Below are positions 8,592-17,836 of a stretch of 64,000 nucleotides of DNA, in pieces (the stretch's first letter is position 1; each line of letters begins with the position of its first letter). Below the pieces are notes generated by a model, which made no database searches, was not told the DNA's origin, and saw only the letters and a list, made by a program, of their open reading frames with translations. The position numbers and the translations under genes are program-made. The stretch is taken from assembly GCA_946404125.1 (NCBI GenBank), contig CAMJCK010000016.1, positions 2,040-66,039 on the forward strand. Direction: 5' to 3'. This stretch comes from an uncultured Bacteroidota bacterium. GTDB lineage: Bacteria; Bacteroidota; Bacteroidia; Bacteroidales; SZUA-534.

Positions 8592-9194
8592 TCAGAAAAG
8601 CGGCAATTCCAACTGCGTGTCGAGCAGGCGGAACGAGCGGCGGTGATAAGGCGTTGGGCCGTATTTTGCAATGGCCGCGCGGTGGTCGGCGGTGGGGTAG
8701 CCCTTGTTTTTGGCCCAGTTGTATTGCGGAAATTCGCGGTCAATCTGCACCATAAAGTCGTCGCGGAAGGTTTTGGCGAGCACCGAAGCCGCCGCAATCG
8801 ACAGATATTTGCCGTCACCTTTCACTATGGTTTGGTGTTTAATGTTGCCGTACGGTTTGAAACGGTTGCCATCGACAATGATGAACTCGGGCCGCACAGC
8901 AAGCTGGTCAAGTGCCAGATGCATAGATTTTATGGATGCGTTCAGAATGTTTATTTCGTCGATTTGCGGGGCGTCGAGTTTTGCAACGGCATAAGCCACG
9001 GCCTCGCGCATAATGACATCGCGCAGCTGATAGCGCTGTTTCTCGGTCAGCTGCTTTGAATCGTTAAGCTTATCGTTGCTGAAATCGGGCGGCAGAATGA
9101 CGGCGGCCGCAAACACCGGACCTGCAAGACATCCGCGCCCGGCTTCGTCGCAGCCGGCCTCGTTGGCCAATCCGCTGAAGTTGAGCTCAAGCAT
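8592..9194 (-). CDS. rnhB: ribonuclease HII
   Basis: Motif '[18 protein letters not shown]'. 200 aa. Confidence 0.9.
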   Translation of the reverse strand: MLELNFSGLANEAGCDEAGRGCLAGPVFAAAVILPPDFSNDKLNDSKQLTEKQRYQLRDVIMREAVAYAVAKLDAPQIDEINILNASIKSMHLALDQLAVRPEFIIVDGNRFKPYGNIKHQTIVKGDGKYLSIAAASVLAKTFRDDFMVQIDREFPQYNWAKNKGYPTADHRAAIAKYGPTPYHRRSFRLLDTQLELPLF

Positions 9195-10450
9195 TAGTAG
9201 AAACGGCGTTTCTGGAACCAGTAGTCGATGTAGGTCAGGTTCAGGCCGAATTGCAGCACGTGGTCGAGAACCAGCAGGTTGTCGAGCGTGCCCTGCCGCT
9301 TATACATACAATAGGTGTTGAAGCGGATTGTCCGTATGCGGAAGCCAACGCCAACCGATGTGCGGTACGATTTCAGCACATAATGGTCGATTTTGGTTGT
9401 GCCCGACTCGTAGCCGGCTCCGGCGCGGAAAACCAGGTCGAAATCGCGCCCCAGACGCCTTGGAATATACTCGGCGCCAAGGCTGAACGACTTGCTGTCA
9501 ATCAGTTTCGAGCGCAAATCGCTCACATCGAGCTTCGAAAGCGGATTGTAGTTGAAATCTCCCGCAAGGGTGAATCCGCCGGAATTGTACGACAGGCCCA
9601 CACCGGCAGTGGCCGGCAGAGTGGTGACGCGGTCGTAATCGTTATTGTCAAAATAAACGGTATCAACGTAACCAATCTGATAGAATGTGTTGGTAACCAA
9701 CTGTGTGCGCTCGCACTTCAAAATGCCGGGTGTGCTGGCAATCAAACCTAAGGTGAGGTTCTTGTTTTTGGCCAGACGGAAATTCTGCTGGAATCCGAAA
9801 TCGAGCTTGCCGCCAACATAATAGTCAGAATTTTCGATGTAGATTGAGAACGCGTCGGCCGAAGAGAGCGCTATTGACTGCCGCTCGGTTTTGGGACCGA
9901 AGAGCATTGTGGCGTTCATTCCTATCGATGTGTTTTTGAACAAGTTGACGCCCAATCCGGCATACACGCGAGTCAAACCGCCGATGCCATCGACGTACGA
10001 CATATAACGGCTCTGCCCGCCGCCCGACACATACTCGGTCGACTCAATTGTGTAGCCCACGCTTGTGTAGGGCGCAATGCCGAACGAGATGCCGAGGTTC
10101 TGGTTGGGCGCAAAAGTGAGCGAGAAATATGAGATGTTGCCGTTCAGCTTGTCGCCCTCGCGCAAATGGTTGTCAATATATTCGTAATTAAGGTTCAGTC
10201 CGATGTCCATCAGCACCATTGTGGAATCGATTGAGGCATACGACGCGGGGTTGATGTTGTTCACATTGTTGGCCGAGCGCAGACCGATGCCGGTGCCACC
10301 CATAGCAATATTACGGCCGTAGCCCGGCTGCTCGTAGATGCCAATTCCGTATTTTGAGTATGGCGATATGGTGTTGTTCTGCGCCGACAGGCTGCCTGCC
10401 ATAGCCATCACCATAAACAATGCTATTTCAATTGAGCGTCTTGTAATCAT
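9194..10450 (-). CDS. outer-membrane beta-barrel protein (family not recognised)
   Basis: Signal peptide ending 'GSLSAQ'. Alternating strand-like pattern. C-terminal aromatic residue ('...KRRFY'). Confidence 0.6.
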   Translation of the reverse strand: MITRRSIEIALFMVMAMAGSLSAQNNTISPYSKYGIGIYEQPGYGRNIAMGGTGIGLRSANNVNNINPASYASIDSTMVLMDIGLNLNYEYIDNHLREGDKLNGNISYFSLTFAPNQNLGISFGIAPYTSVGYTIESTEYVSGGGQSRYMSYVDGIGGLTRVYAGLGVNLFKNTSIGMNATMLFGPKTERQSIALSSADAFSIYIENSDYYVGGKLDFGFQQNFRLAKNKNLTLGLIASTPGILKCERTQLVTNTFYQIGYVDTVYFDNNDYDRVTTLPATAGVGLSYNSGGFTLAGDFNYNPLSKLDVSDLRSKLIDSKSFSLGAEYIPRRLGRDFDLVFRAGAGYESGTTKIDHYVLKSYRTSVGVGFRIRTIRFNTYCMYKRQGTLDNLLVLDHVLQFGLNLTYIDYWFQKRRFY

Positions 10451-11807
10451 AAGTTACATAATAAATTTGCAATTGCACGTACTCGGCAAACTGCGTGTTA
10501 TCGTCAACAATAAGGCGCTTAAAGAGCGATGAGTTCTCGTTGTCGGACGGCATAACAATGAGTGCCATCGGGTTTTCGGTGTTGTCGGTTTGTATGCTGA
10601 TGAATTTCCGCACAAACCAGATTACCGAGAACATATAATACGGCTCGCCGTTTGTATTGTAATAGATTGGCGAGCTTACAACATTGCCCGAAATGTCGGT
10701 CAGGTTCGACTGCAAGTCGTTTGAATCGTCGGTTAAAATCAGAAAGAGCCGCGACGGCAGAGGTGTGGCCTCGTCGTAAGTATAATCCTTTGGTCTGATG
10801 ATAAGCCGCGCGTCGGCCACGCTCATATACTCCGAAGCCGAATTGAGGCTGGCAAGTGTCGGGAAATCGATGCGCAGAACCATTCCGCTGCCGGTTTGAA
10901 TGTACGACACATGCTCGCTCTCCGACGAATACACCTTGCCCCCGTCGATTTGCAGAGTGTCAAACGGTGTGCCGGAGCGGTCGTTGCCGAAATAAACGTA
11001 CTGATACGAATTGGTTTTGGGCACGAAAGTCATATAAGAGCCCAACTCGTCGTCGCCGGGCTGGTGGTAGCAGAGCCGAATCTCGAACTGCAGAACATCG
11101 TCAACCATTCTCGATTCGGGGATTCCGGTGCTTGATGTCACGAAATCGAGCCCCCACGTGCAATCGGTGGTTTGCGGCACAATGCAGATGCCCTTGAAAT
11201 AATCAAGAAAATATTCGGTTTTGTCCATCGCATCGTCGCCGTCGCGAACCATTTCAAACCATTTTCTTCCCAAGCTGTCGCTGAGGTGCGCCCACGACAC
11301 CATTCTGCGTTTGGGGAACGGGTCGATGGTGACGGTGGCCAGTTCGGTATCGGACCGTTTGAGCTGAATGTGGTTGAACATCTGCTGCTGGTCGGAATAG
11401 TAGCGCGGACGGATTTCCTCCAAAACCTCGTAGATTTTCACCTCTTTGGGTTTCAGTGTGTCGCCAACCCAACCGCCCTTCGGTTTGAAGCAAATAATGA
11501 GGCTATCGTATTCGGCGTCATCCGGAATGTTGGTTTTCGTTGAAAAGACAATCGGAATGTATGTTTCGGCCGACACGTTGCCCGCCTTCTCGTCTTTGCA
11601 ATAGCCCATAAAAATATCGGTGTTGCCCGATGTGATAAAGCTGTCGAGCCTAACGGTGGACAGTCTCAGCGAGAACGAATCGACGTAGCCCAGCACTGCT
11701 CTGCTGTCGGTGAAGACGTCGCCCACAACGCGCGAGTCGCCGTCGGGGTCGCACGTGCAGAAAATTGCAGCAACAACGCCAATCAACAATAAAATGCGAA
11801 TCTTCAT
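10428..11807 (-). CDS. lipoprotein, possibly DUF4270-like
   Basis: Start moved to the internal Met giving the lipoprotein signal 'MKIRILLLIGVVAAIFCTC'. Overlaps the downstream barrel gene by 23 nt (operon). The family call is a weak recollection. Confidence 0.5.
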   Translation of the reverse strand: MKIRILLLIGVVAAIFCTCDPDGDSRVVGDVFTDSRAVLGYVDSFSLRLSTVRLDSFITSGNTDIFMGYCKDEKAGNVSAETYIPIVFSTKTNIPDDAEYDSLIICFKPKGGWVGDTLKPKEVKIYEVLEEIRPRYYSDQQQMFNHIQLKRSDTELATVTIDPFPKRRMVSWAHLSDSLGRKWFEMVRDGDDAMDKTEYFLDYFKGICIVPQTTDCTWGLDFVTSSTGIPESRMVDDVLQFEIRLCYHQPGDDELGSYMTFVPKTNSYQYVYFGNDRSGTPFDTLQIDGGKVYSSESEHVSYIQTGSGMVLRIDFPTLASLNSASEYMSVADARLIIRPKDYTYDEATPLPSRLFLILTDDSNDLQSNLTDISGNVVSSPIYYNTNGEPYYMFSVIWFVRKFISIQTDNTENPMALIVMPSDNENSSLFKRLIVDDNTQFAEYVQLQIYYVTYDYKTLN

Positions 11808-11940
11808 ATTTTCCAAAAACGGATAGTATCCAATTAAATGCGCCAGCGTCGGTTGCGGAATCGCGCACCTACACAAGACGCGGCAAAATAACTACATAAA
11901 TCTAACAAACGCGAATTTTTTGAGAATATTTCGCGAACAG

Positions 11941-11972
11941 ATAGTTGAACTTAAAACTTCATAACTTATAAC
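11941..11972 (-). repeat. TAAGTTA heptamer tract directly 3' of maf (sense orientation)
   Basis: The minus strand reads TAAGTTATAAGTTATGAAGTTTTAAGTTC. Stops are spaced 7, 7 and 8 nt, beginning with the maf stop itself. Confidence 0.7.
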
Positions 11973-12551
11973 TTAAAACTTTTTCAACTCCTGATAGAGC
12001 CGCTGAACAGGCAGGCCCATCACGTTGAAGTACGAGCCATCGATGCGCTCCACGCCCACGTAGCCAATCCACTCCTGAATGCCGTACGAGCCAGCCTTGT
12101 CGAAAGGTTTGAAGGTGTCGACATAATAAGTTATCTCACTATCGTCGAGCGGACGGAAAAACACGTCGGTGGCAACGCTGAACACGCTTTTTCTCTGATT
12201 GGTTTTCAGGCAGACGCCCGTGAAAACGGTGTGCTTGCGCCCCGAGAGTTGCCGAAGCATAGCAATGGCTCCGCTCCTGTCCTTCGGCTTGCCAAGCACC
12301 ATATCGTCAATCCAGACAATGGTGTCGGCGGTGATGAGCAATTGATTGTCAGCCAGTTCGCCATCGAAAGCCGATGCCTTCAGATTGGCCAGATGCTCCA
12401 CAATCTGCGCGCCTTTGAGCGTGGGCGGATAGGTTTCGGCGGTGTCGCGCAGCATAATCGAGAATTCGGGCACAATCTCCTTCAGAAGCGCCTGCCGACG
12501 CGGCGATTTCGACGCCAAAACAACCTTGTATCTATCTGTTATAAAATCCAT
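11973..12551 (-). CDS. maf: Maf-family nucleoside triphosphate pyrophosphatase
   Basis: Motifs 'VLASKSPRRQALL' and 'DKAGSYGIQ'. 192 aa. Confidence 0.9.
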   Translation of the reverse strand: MDFITDRYKVVLASKSPRRQALLKEIVPEFSIMLRDTAETYPPTLKGAQIVEHLANLKASAFDGELADNQLLITADTIVWIDDMVLGKPKDRSGAIAMLRQLSGRKHTVFTGVCLKTNQRKSVFSVATDVFFRPLDDSEITYYVDTFKPFDKAGSYGIQEWIGYVGVERIDGSYFNVMGLPVQRLYQELKKF

Positions 12552-14008
12552 TATCGTTGGGTTTCAAAATATTTCAGTTCAAATGTGTGATTGATGCACG
12601 CGGGCAGTTCGTGCGCGTTATGAGTCACAAACACAAGCGTTTTGCCTGGCTGGCTGCAAAAATCGTTGACAATGCCGATGCAACGCTGCAGATTTCGGTT
12701 GTCGAGTCCGTGGAAAGGCTCGTCAAGTATCAAAACCTCAGGATTTTTCACCAGTGTACGGGCAAAAAGCACAAGCCGCTGCTCGGCCGATGAAACCTTC
12801 AGAAACGACCGCCCTTCGAGATGGCTGATGCCGACAACCTGCATCACGTAACGCGCCGTCAGTTCCTGCTCGGGGCTGCACGTGCGGTAAAGTCCGATGC
12901 TGTCGAAAAAGCCAGACTCCACAATCTTCAGACAATCAACAGGTTCGCGGTAATAAAGGTGCATTTCGGACGATGTGAACCCGATGCGTTTTTTGATATC
13001 CCAGATGCTCTCGCCCGTGCCGCGCTGGCGCCCGAACAGAGCAATATCCTTGGCGTAGGCCTGCGGATTGTCGGCAAAAATGTAACTCAGCAACGTTGAT
13101 TTGCCCGTGCCGTTAAGCCCTTGCAGCGCCCATTTCTCGCCGCACTTTATTGTCCAGTTAAGATGCTGCTGCACAATGTGTTTGCCGTAAGAAATCTCGA
13201 TGTCGCGCATCTCAACAACCGTTTCGCTCTGCGATGGTTCAATGGTCGGAATGCGGCTCCAGTCGATGGCTGGCACCGATGGCAGCGTTTCGGGTTGCGG
13301 CCTAAACTCCGACACTGGCCCGCAATAAGTTATTTTACAACTATTTAACTGCAAAATATGCGTTGTGCTCGACGGAATGCGGTCGGCCGTTGGGCTGATG
13401 AACATTATCTGCACGCCAGTCTGCGGCAATCCCGACAGCAACTCATCGACTTGCGGTACCATCTTGATATCCAAGCCGTTGAACGGGTTGTCGAAAATCA
13501 GCATTCGCGGCTTTTCCAACAGCGCTTTCGCGATAATCATTCGGCGCATCTCTCCGCTCGAAAGGTGAATGACGCGACGGTTGAGCAGCGATTGAATGTT
13601 CAGCGAGCGGAACAGCGGATTGCCGTTAAGTTCCTCAATCTGCGCCACTTTGAACATCTCCGACAAAAACGGGCACTCCTCAACCTCGGTACTGTGGAAC
13701 CGCTGCTGATAGTACATCTGCTTGAAATCGTCGGCCGAATAAGCCGATTTGAAATTCACTGTCTTAATGAATTTGTCGGGCCAGAGCGTCTGATATTCCG
13801 ACGTGCGCATCGCCTCAAGGAAATGATAGACAATTTCGCCCTGGTCAGCGAAAAATTTTCCGCGCAAGATGTTCGCCATCGTCGTCTTGCCGCTGGCGTT
13901 GTCACCCACAATGGTCCACACCTCGCCCTCGCGAATCTCCCAATTGATTGGATCTGGAAAAATCGCGTCATCGATGCGCGGACGGTAGTTTTTTATAGTG
14001 ATGAACAT
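12551..14008 (-). CDS. ABC-transporter ATPase with two fused ATP-binding cassettes (ModF/Uup-like, no TM domain)
   Basis: Walker A 'GDNASGKT' and 'GLNGTGKS'. Signature motifs 'LSSGE' and 'VSSAEQ'. Walker B 'LIFDNP' and 'LILDEP'. Confidence 0.85.
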   Translation of the reverse strand: MFITIKNYRPRIDDAIFPDPINWEIREGEVWTIVGDNASGKTTMANILRGKFFADQGEIVYHFLEAMRTSEYQTLWPDKFIKTVNFKSAYSADDFKQMYYQQRFHSTEVEECPFLSEMFKVAQIEELNGNPLFRSLNIQSLLNRRVIHLSSGEMRRMIIAKALLEKPRMLIFDNPFNGLDIKMVPQVDELLSGLPQTGVQIMFISPTADRIPSSTTHILQLNSCKITYCGPVSEFRPQPETLPSVPAIDWSRIPTIEPSQSETVVEMRDIEISYGKHIVQQHLNWTIKCGEKWALQGLNGTGKSTLLSYIFADNPQAYAKDIALFGRQRGTGESIWDIKKRIGFTSSEMHLYYREPVDCLKIVESGFFDSIGLYRTCSPEQELTARYVMQVVGISHLEGRSFLKVSSAEQRLVLFARTLVKNPEVLILDEPFHGLDNRNLQRCIGIVNDFCSQPGKTLVFVTHNAHELPACINHTFELKYFETQR

Positions 14009-14055
14009 TTTCTATGGTATTAGGGGTTGGTTTTAAGGCATTAGGCAACAGGCAT

Positions 14056-14141
14056 TAGTTCAATCATTCACGCATTCAATCCTTCAATCATTCACGCATT
14101 CAATCCTTCAATCCTTCACGCATTCAATCCTTCAATCCTTC
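14056..14141 (-). repeat. 24-bp tandem repeat (~3.4 copies), reverse complement of the 3043-3117 family, directly 3' of ung
   Basis: TCA on the plus strand (TGA on the minus strand) at 14060+8n for n=0..9 without interruption. Unit is CAATC(A/C)TTCACGCATTCAATCCTT. Confidence 0.85.
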
Positions 14142-14804
14142 CTACCATTCTATCGGCGTCATTCCGTGCTCAGCCAGATACTGGTTGGCGCGGCTGAAAT
14201 GGTGGTTGCCGAAGAATCCGCGCGAAGCCGACAGCGGCGACGGATGAACCGATTCGAGCACCAGATTGTTGCTGCGGTCGACCATTGCGGCTTTCTGCTG
14301 CGCGTACGAGCCCCACAAAATGTAAACAATGTTCTTTTTCTCGCTGGCAACAGCGCTGATGACAGCGTCGGTGAACGTTTCCCAGCCGCGCTTTTGGTGC
14401 GAGCCTGCCAAATTCGCCCGAACGGTAAGCGTAGCGTTGAGCAGCAGAACTCCCTGCTTAGCCCAGCGCGTCAAATCGCCCGATGCGGGTATTGGTGAGC
14501 CAATGTCGTCGTGTATCTCCTTGAAAATGTTGCGCAACGACGGCGGATAAGCCACTCCGTCCTGCACCGAGAAGCACAAACCGTGAGCCTGCCCTGGCCC
14601 GTGGTAAGGGTCCTGACCAATTATCACAACCTTCACATCGTTGAACGGGCAAAGGTTGAAAGCGTTGAAAATCAGTTTTCCTGGCGGATAAACGACATTA
14701 GTGCGGTACTCTTCGCGCACAAAATCGGTCAGAGTCTTGAAGTATGGCTTGTCGAACTCGCCCTGCAAGCGCTCTTTCCACGATTGCTCTATGCTTACTT
14801 CCAT
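14142..14804 (-). CDS. ung: uracil-DNA glycosylase (family 1)
   Basis: Motifs 'VVIIGQDPYHGPGQAHGLCFSV' and 'HPSPLS'. Start placed at 'MEVSIEQSW' because a terminator hairpin (14843-14877) lies inside the longer ORF. Confidence 0.9.
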   Translation of the reverse strand: MEVSIEQSWKERLQGEFDKPYFKTLTDFVREEYRTNVVYPPGKLIFNAFNLCPFNDVKVVIIGQDPYHGPGQAHGLCFSVQDGVAYPPSLRNIFKEIHDDIGSPIPASGDLTRWAKQGVLLLNATLTVRANLAGSHQKRGWETFTDAVISAVASEKKNIVYILWGSYAQQKAAMVDRSNNLVLESVHPSPLSASRGFFGNHHFSRANQYLAEHGMTPIEW

Positions 14805-14819
14805 TTTTTCAGTTTTTGG

Positions 14820-14827
14820 CAAAGGTA
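14820..14827 (-). promoter_or_regulatory. -7 box (TACCTTTG on minus strand) for ung
   Basis: CAAAGGTA on the plus strand, 16-23 nt upstream of the ATG at 14804. This would give a very short leader. Confidence 0.4.
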
Positions 14828-14842
14828 TGCTTTTCGGCAAAC

Positions 14843-14877
14843 AAAAAAGGCCTTGAGCGTTGCCCAAAGCCTTTTTT
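14843..14877 (-). terminator. bidirectional hairpin terminator ending the SusC/SusD operon
   Basis: Arms AAAAAAGGC / GCCTTTTTT with a 17-nt loop and A/T runs on both sides. Confidence 0.65.
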
Positions 14878-14894
14878 GTTATAGAATCAGAGTT

Positions 14895-15980
14895 TTAGTT
14901 CTCTTTGTAAACTGGTTTGAATGTCTGAATTGATGCTGCAGCTCCACGGTCACGCCAAACAAGGGTGTCTTTTGTGGCGTAGTGAACATTGTCTGTGGCA
15001 AAATCGAGAGTGTAATCAAGAATCAACTCATCGCGGTCTTTGTTACCCCAAGCCTTGATAGCTGTACCTTTTGAATAGTGGCCAGTACCTTTTGCCGTAC
15101 AACCAGCAGTGTTCGATTCAATGGTGCAGTTTCCATTTGCATCAAATGTAAGTATCAGTTCACAAGGGCTGTTCTTGGCTGCAATTTCTGTTGTAGAAAT
15201 CGGCAACAGCACTTTGTTTCTTGATAGCGATTTAGTGTAAACCACTTCATCTTTTTCAATGAACTTATTGTGCCGGAATTCGGTAACTTGCTCATAACCA
15301 AGCGCAGTACCACTGTCAGACAATTGCATTTGGTCGAAATTATCGACACCACGGCGCAGGTAAGTTGCCGTATATTCATTGATATAGTTTACACAGAACA
15401 CAGTGTAATCGGCCGGAAGCACATCCCACTCGCCTTGATTTTGACGCAACGGAGAGGTACCATCGACAATTGGTGTTCCGCGTTTGATTTGGTCAACACC
15501 TGAGAAATTCGCTCCCATCACCATCGGGATGACATAGGTATTCTTAACCGACAGAGTATCGTTGAAGAACGCATCCTTCAACTTAATCTCCACCCCGCCG
15601 CGGAACTCGCCGGCATAGTCAAGAACACTTCCACTAATCTCGTAGTAATCCTTTGGCATAGGTTTTACCTTGGTTACACCATCTTCGAAATACAAGTTTT
15701 GAGTAAGCGACTCATCGATATTGATATCGATTTTTGCATTCAAGCCATTATAAGAACCGCCACAAGTAGCATAAATGGTGAAACGGTGTTCATTATCGCT
15801 GGTGTTATCGTATGTTTCAACATCACCAAGTATCAACGTGCGGATAGGATACTGATAGGCAAAGTAGGCTATTGTTCCTCCGTCAAAATCGGGAAAATCC
15901 TGATTTGAATTTTTGCACGAAGAAAATTCTAATGCCACTATTCCTAGTGCGAGGAATGATATTAATTTGTTCGTTTTCAT
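14895..15980 (-). CDS. surface lipoprotein encoded after SusD (XusE-like position; DUF1735-like?)
   Basis: Lipoprotein signal 'MKTNKLISFLALGIVALEFSSC'. Last gene of the SusC/D operon. Function inferred from position only. Confidence 0.6.
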   Translation of the reverse strand: MKTNKLISFLALGIVALEFSSCKNSNQDFPDFDGGTIAYFAYQYPIRTLILGDVETYDNTSDNEHRFTIYATCGGSYNGLNAKIDINIDESLTQNLYFEDGVTKVKPMPKDYYEISGSVLDYAGEFRGGVEIKLKDAFFNDTLSVKNTYVIPMVMGANFSGVDQIKRGTPIVDGTSPLRQNQGEWDVLPADYTVFCVNYINEYTATYLRRGVDNFDQMQLSDSGTALGYEQVTEFRHNKFIEKDEVVYTKSLSRNKVLLPISTTEIAAKNSPCELILTFDANGNCTIESNTAGCTAKGTGHYSKGTAIKAWGNKDRDELILDYTLDFATDNVHYATKDTLVWRDRGAAASIQTFKPVYKEN

Positions 15981-16006
15981 CGTAGTATTTTTAAGATTTA
16001 TCACAA

Positions 16007-17815
16007 TTAATTAGACCAACCATCATTCTGTTTAAGGCTCGACCATTTCAGTATTTCAGATTCCGGAATTGGGCAGCAATACATATAGTCCTTATATACA
16101 CGTTTTTCAACCTCAAATTTCTGATAAGTCTTCACGCCATTATCCAAGGTTATTTGCATACCATAAACAGGTTCGTTCAAGTTGGCTTTCCAACGGCGTA
16201 AATCCCAGAAACGATGGTTCTCGAAGCAGAGTTCAATGCGGCGCTCGTTGCGGATGAGTTCGCGCATTTTCTCTTTACTGCCTGCACATTCGTCAAGATA
16301 CTTTGTATCGGTAATTCCGCCGCGCTGACGGATGGCTTTGATTACATCGTATGCGCTGTAGCCATGTCCATTGTCAGATTTTGGACCCCAAGCTTCGTTT
16401 GCGGCTTCTGCATAGTCAAGGAATATCTCAGTGTAACGGATACGCGCCTGATAATAGAATTCAGATGTTCGCTTACCATCACGCAAACTGGTGTTTTCCT
16501 TCATATGTTTTCGCATATAATAACCAGTTTTGGTTGAAGAAGCCTCCTTATTCAATCCATCCTCATTCTCAGTACCAACGTAGGTGTTTATAACCGCCTT
16601 AGTCTGTGTACCGCCATCTACCGGCCCAAATTCAGAACCATCGTGCACAATGTACAATTCGAAACGCGGATCGCGGCCCTCATATGGGTTGCTCTCATCA
16701 TATCCACTTTCAGAGCGGCCGATTGGATATCCGTTTGCCATTGGGAAAGCGTCAACAAGATTCTGGCTCGGATTGACAATGCCTTTTCCATAAAGCGAAG
16801 GTGGATAATTATCGGTTTCCAAACGGTCAGAACTACCAATACCGCTTTGACGGTTACCACGCCAGATAATTTCTTTAGGGTTGGCACCTGCAACTGCCAC
16901 ATTTTCTATCTCTTCACTATTAGCATACCAAGTGTTTCCGTGAGGATCCAATCCTGATACACCGCCAATACGATCGAGAACGACAGCGGCTTTTTCTGCG
17001 GCAAAAGCCCAGTCTTTGTCAGACGCTCCCTGATTGACCGGACTTGCAGCAAACAGGGCCACCTGTGCCTCAATTGCCTCAATTATGCGGTTAGACAAAC
17101 GGCCACGCATTACATCACCAAAAACGCGGTTGTAGGTGCCAGCGTTTTTAACCCCCATACTTTTAAATCTTTCGGGCAGTTCTGCATTACTGATGCTGGC
17201 ATTGTCCAATACCAACAGGTTCTTGGCTTCTGCAAAATCGCTGTAAATTTGGTCGATACACTCTTGGAAACTTGCACGCGGCACATTGAAATTGTCACCG
17301 GCTGTTTCAGAATGTGTCAGATTTGGCACACCTATTACTTCGCCATTAACAGGCCCCGCATGGAGACGCAACATATCATACAAATTAATGGCGCGCAAAG
17401 CGTAAGCCTCTCCTTTGAACCTGTCGTTCAACAATTGGTTGTCGGGTTCGGTATTTGCCCAAACTGACTTGTCAGCAGCCTGCTCAAAGAAAATATTAAG
17501 ATACTGTATTCTTGAACGGTCGCTAATATATCTGCCGAAAGGATCGTTGAACGATGTCCAACGGCCAAGAGCTGCATAACGATAGCTGTTATCTTCAACA
17601 TTTGTAACAGCATCGTCTGTCGCAATATCAGTAACGGAGCCCTCCAGATACGGGAGATTATTATAGCCCACAATCATCAAACCTACAGCATTAGCGTTCT
17701 CACCAATCATTGCATCAAGGTCGCGATTGTTTTCTATCTGAGACTCAAACACATCATCGCAAGCAGAGAAAACCAGCAGCAACGATGTTAGTTTTATAAG
17801 ATTTTTCATTTTCAT
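16007..17815 (-). CDS. SusD/RagB-family nutrient-binding lipoprotein
   Basis: Lipoprotein signal 'LTSLLLVFSAC'. 602 aa. Immediately downstream of a SusC gene. C-terminal end '...KQNDGWSN' is SusD-like. Confidence 0.9.
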   Translation of the reverse strand: MKMKNLIKLTSLLLVFSACDDVFESQIENNRDLDAMIGENANAVGLMIVGYNNLPYLEGSVTDIATDDAVTNVEDNSYRYAALGRWTSFNDPFGRYISDRSRIQYLNIFFEQAADKSVWANTEPDNQLLNDRFKGEAYALRAINLYDMLRLHAGPVNGEVIGVPNLTHSETAGDNFNVPRASFQECIDQIYSDFAEAKNLLVLDNASISNAELPERFKSMGVKNAGTYNRVFGDVMRGRLSNRIIEAIEAQVALFAASPVNQGASDKDWAFAAEKAAVVLDRIGGVSGLDPHGNTWYANSEEIENVAVAGANPKEIIWRGNRQSGIGSSDRLETDNYPPSLYGKGIVNPSQNLVDAFPMANGYPIGRSESGYDESNPYEGRDPRFELYIVHDGSEFGPVDGGTQTKAVINTYVGTENEDGLNKEASSTKTGYYMRKHMKENTSLRDGKRTSEFYYQARIRYTEIFLDYAEAANEAWGPKSDNGHGYSAYDVIKAIRQRGGITDTKYLDECAGSKEKMRELIRNERRIELCFENHRFWDLRRWKANLNEPVYGMQITLDNGVKTYQKFEVEKRVYKDYMYCCPIPESEILKWSSLKQNDGWSN

Positions 17816-17836
17816 AACTAAAAGTGTTTTTAGTGT

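Noticed and set aside
14805-14867. N-terminal extensions offered by the ORF track: ung 14805-14867; CotH1 44911-44985; CotH2 48178-48213; lipoprotein 11808-11876; 35853-35894; 37924-37980; 39079-39141; 53326-53346; 56228-56260; 60552-60665; 15981-16004.
   Set aside because: In each case an internal Met gives a canonical signal peptide or lipoprotein signal, or the conserved family N-terminus. The extension overlaps a terminator hairpin, a -7 promoter box or the upstream gene. The shorter starts were therefore used.
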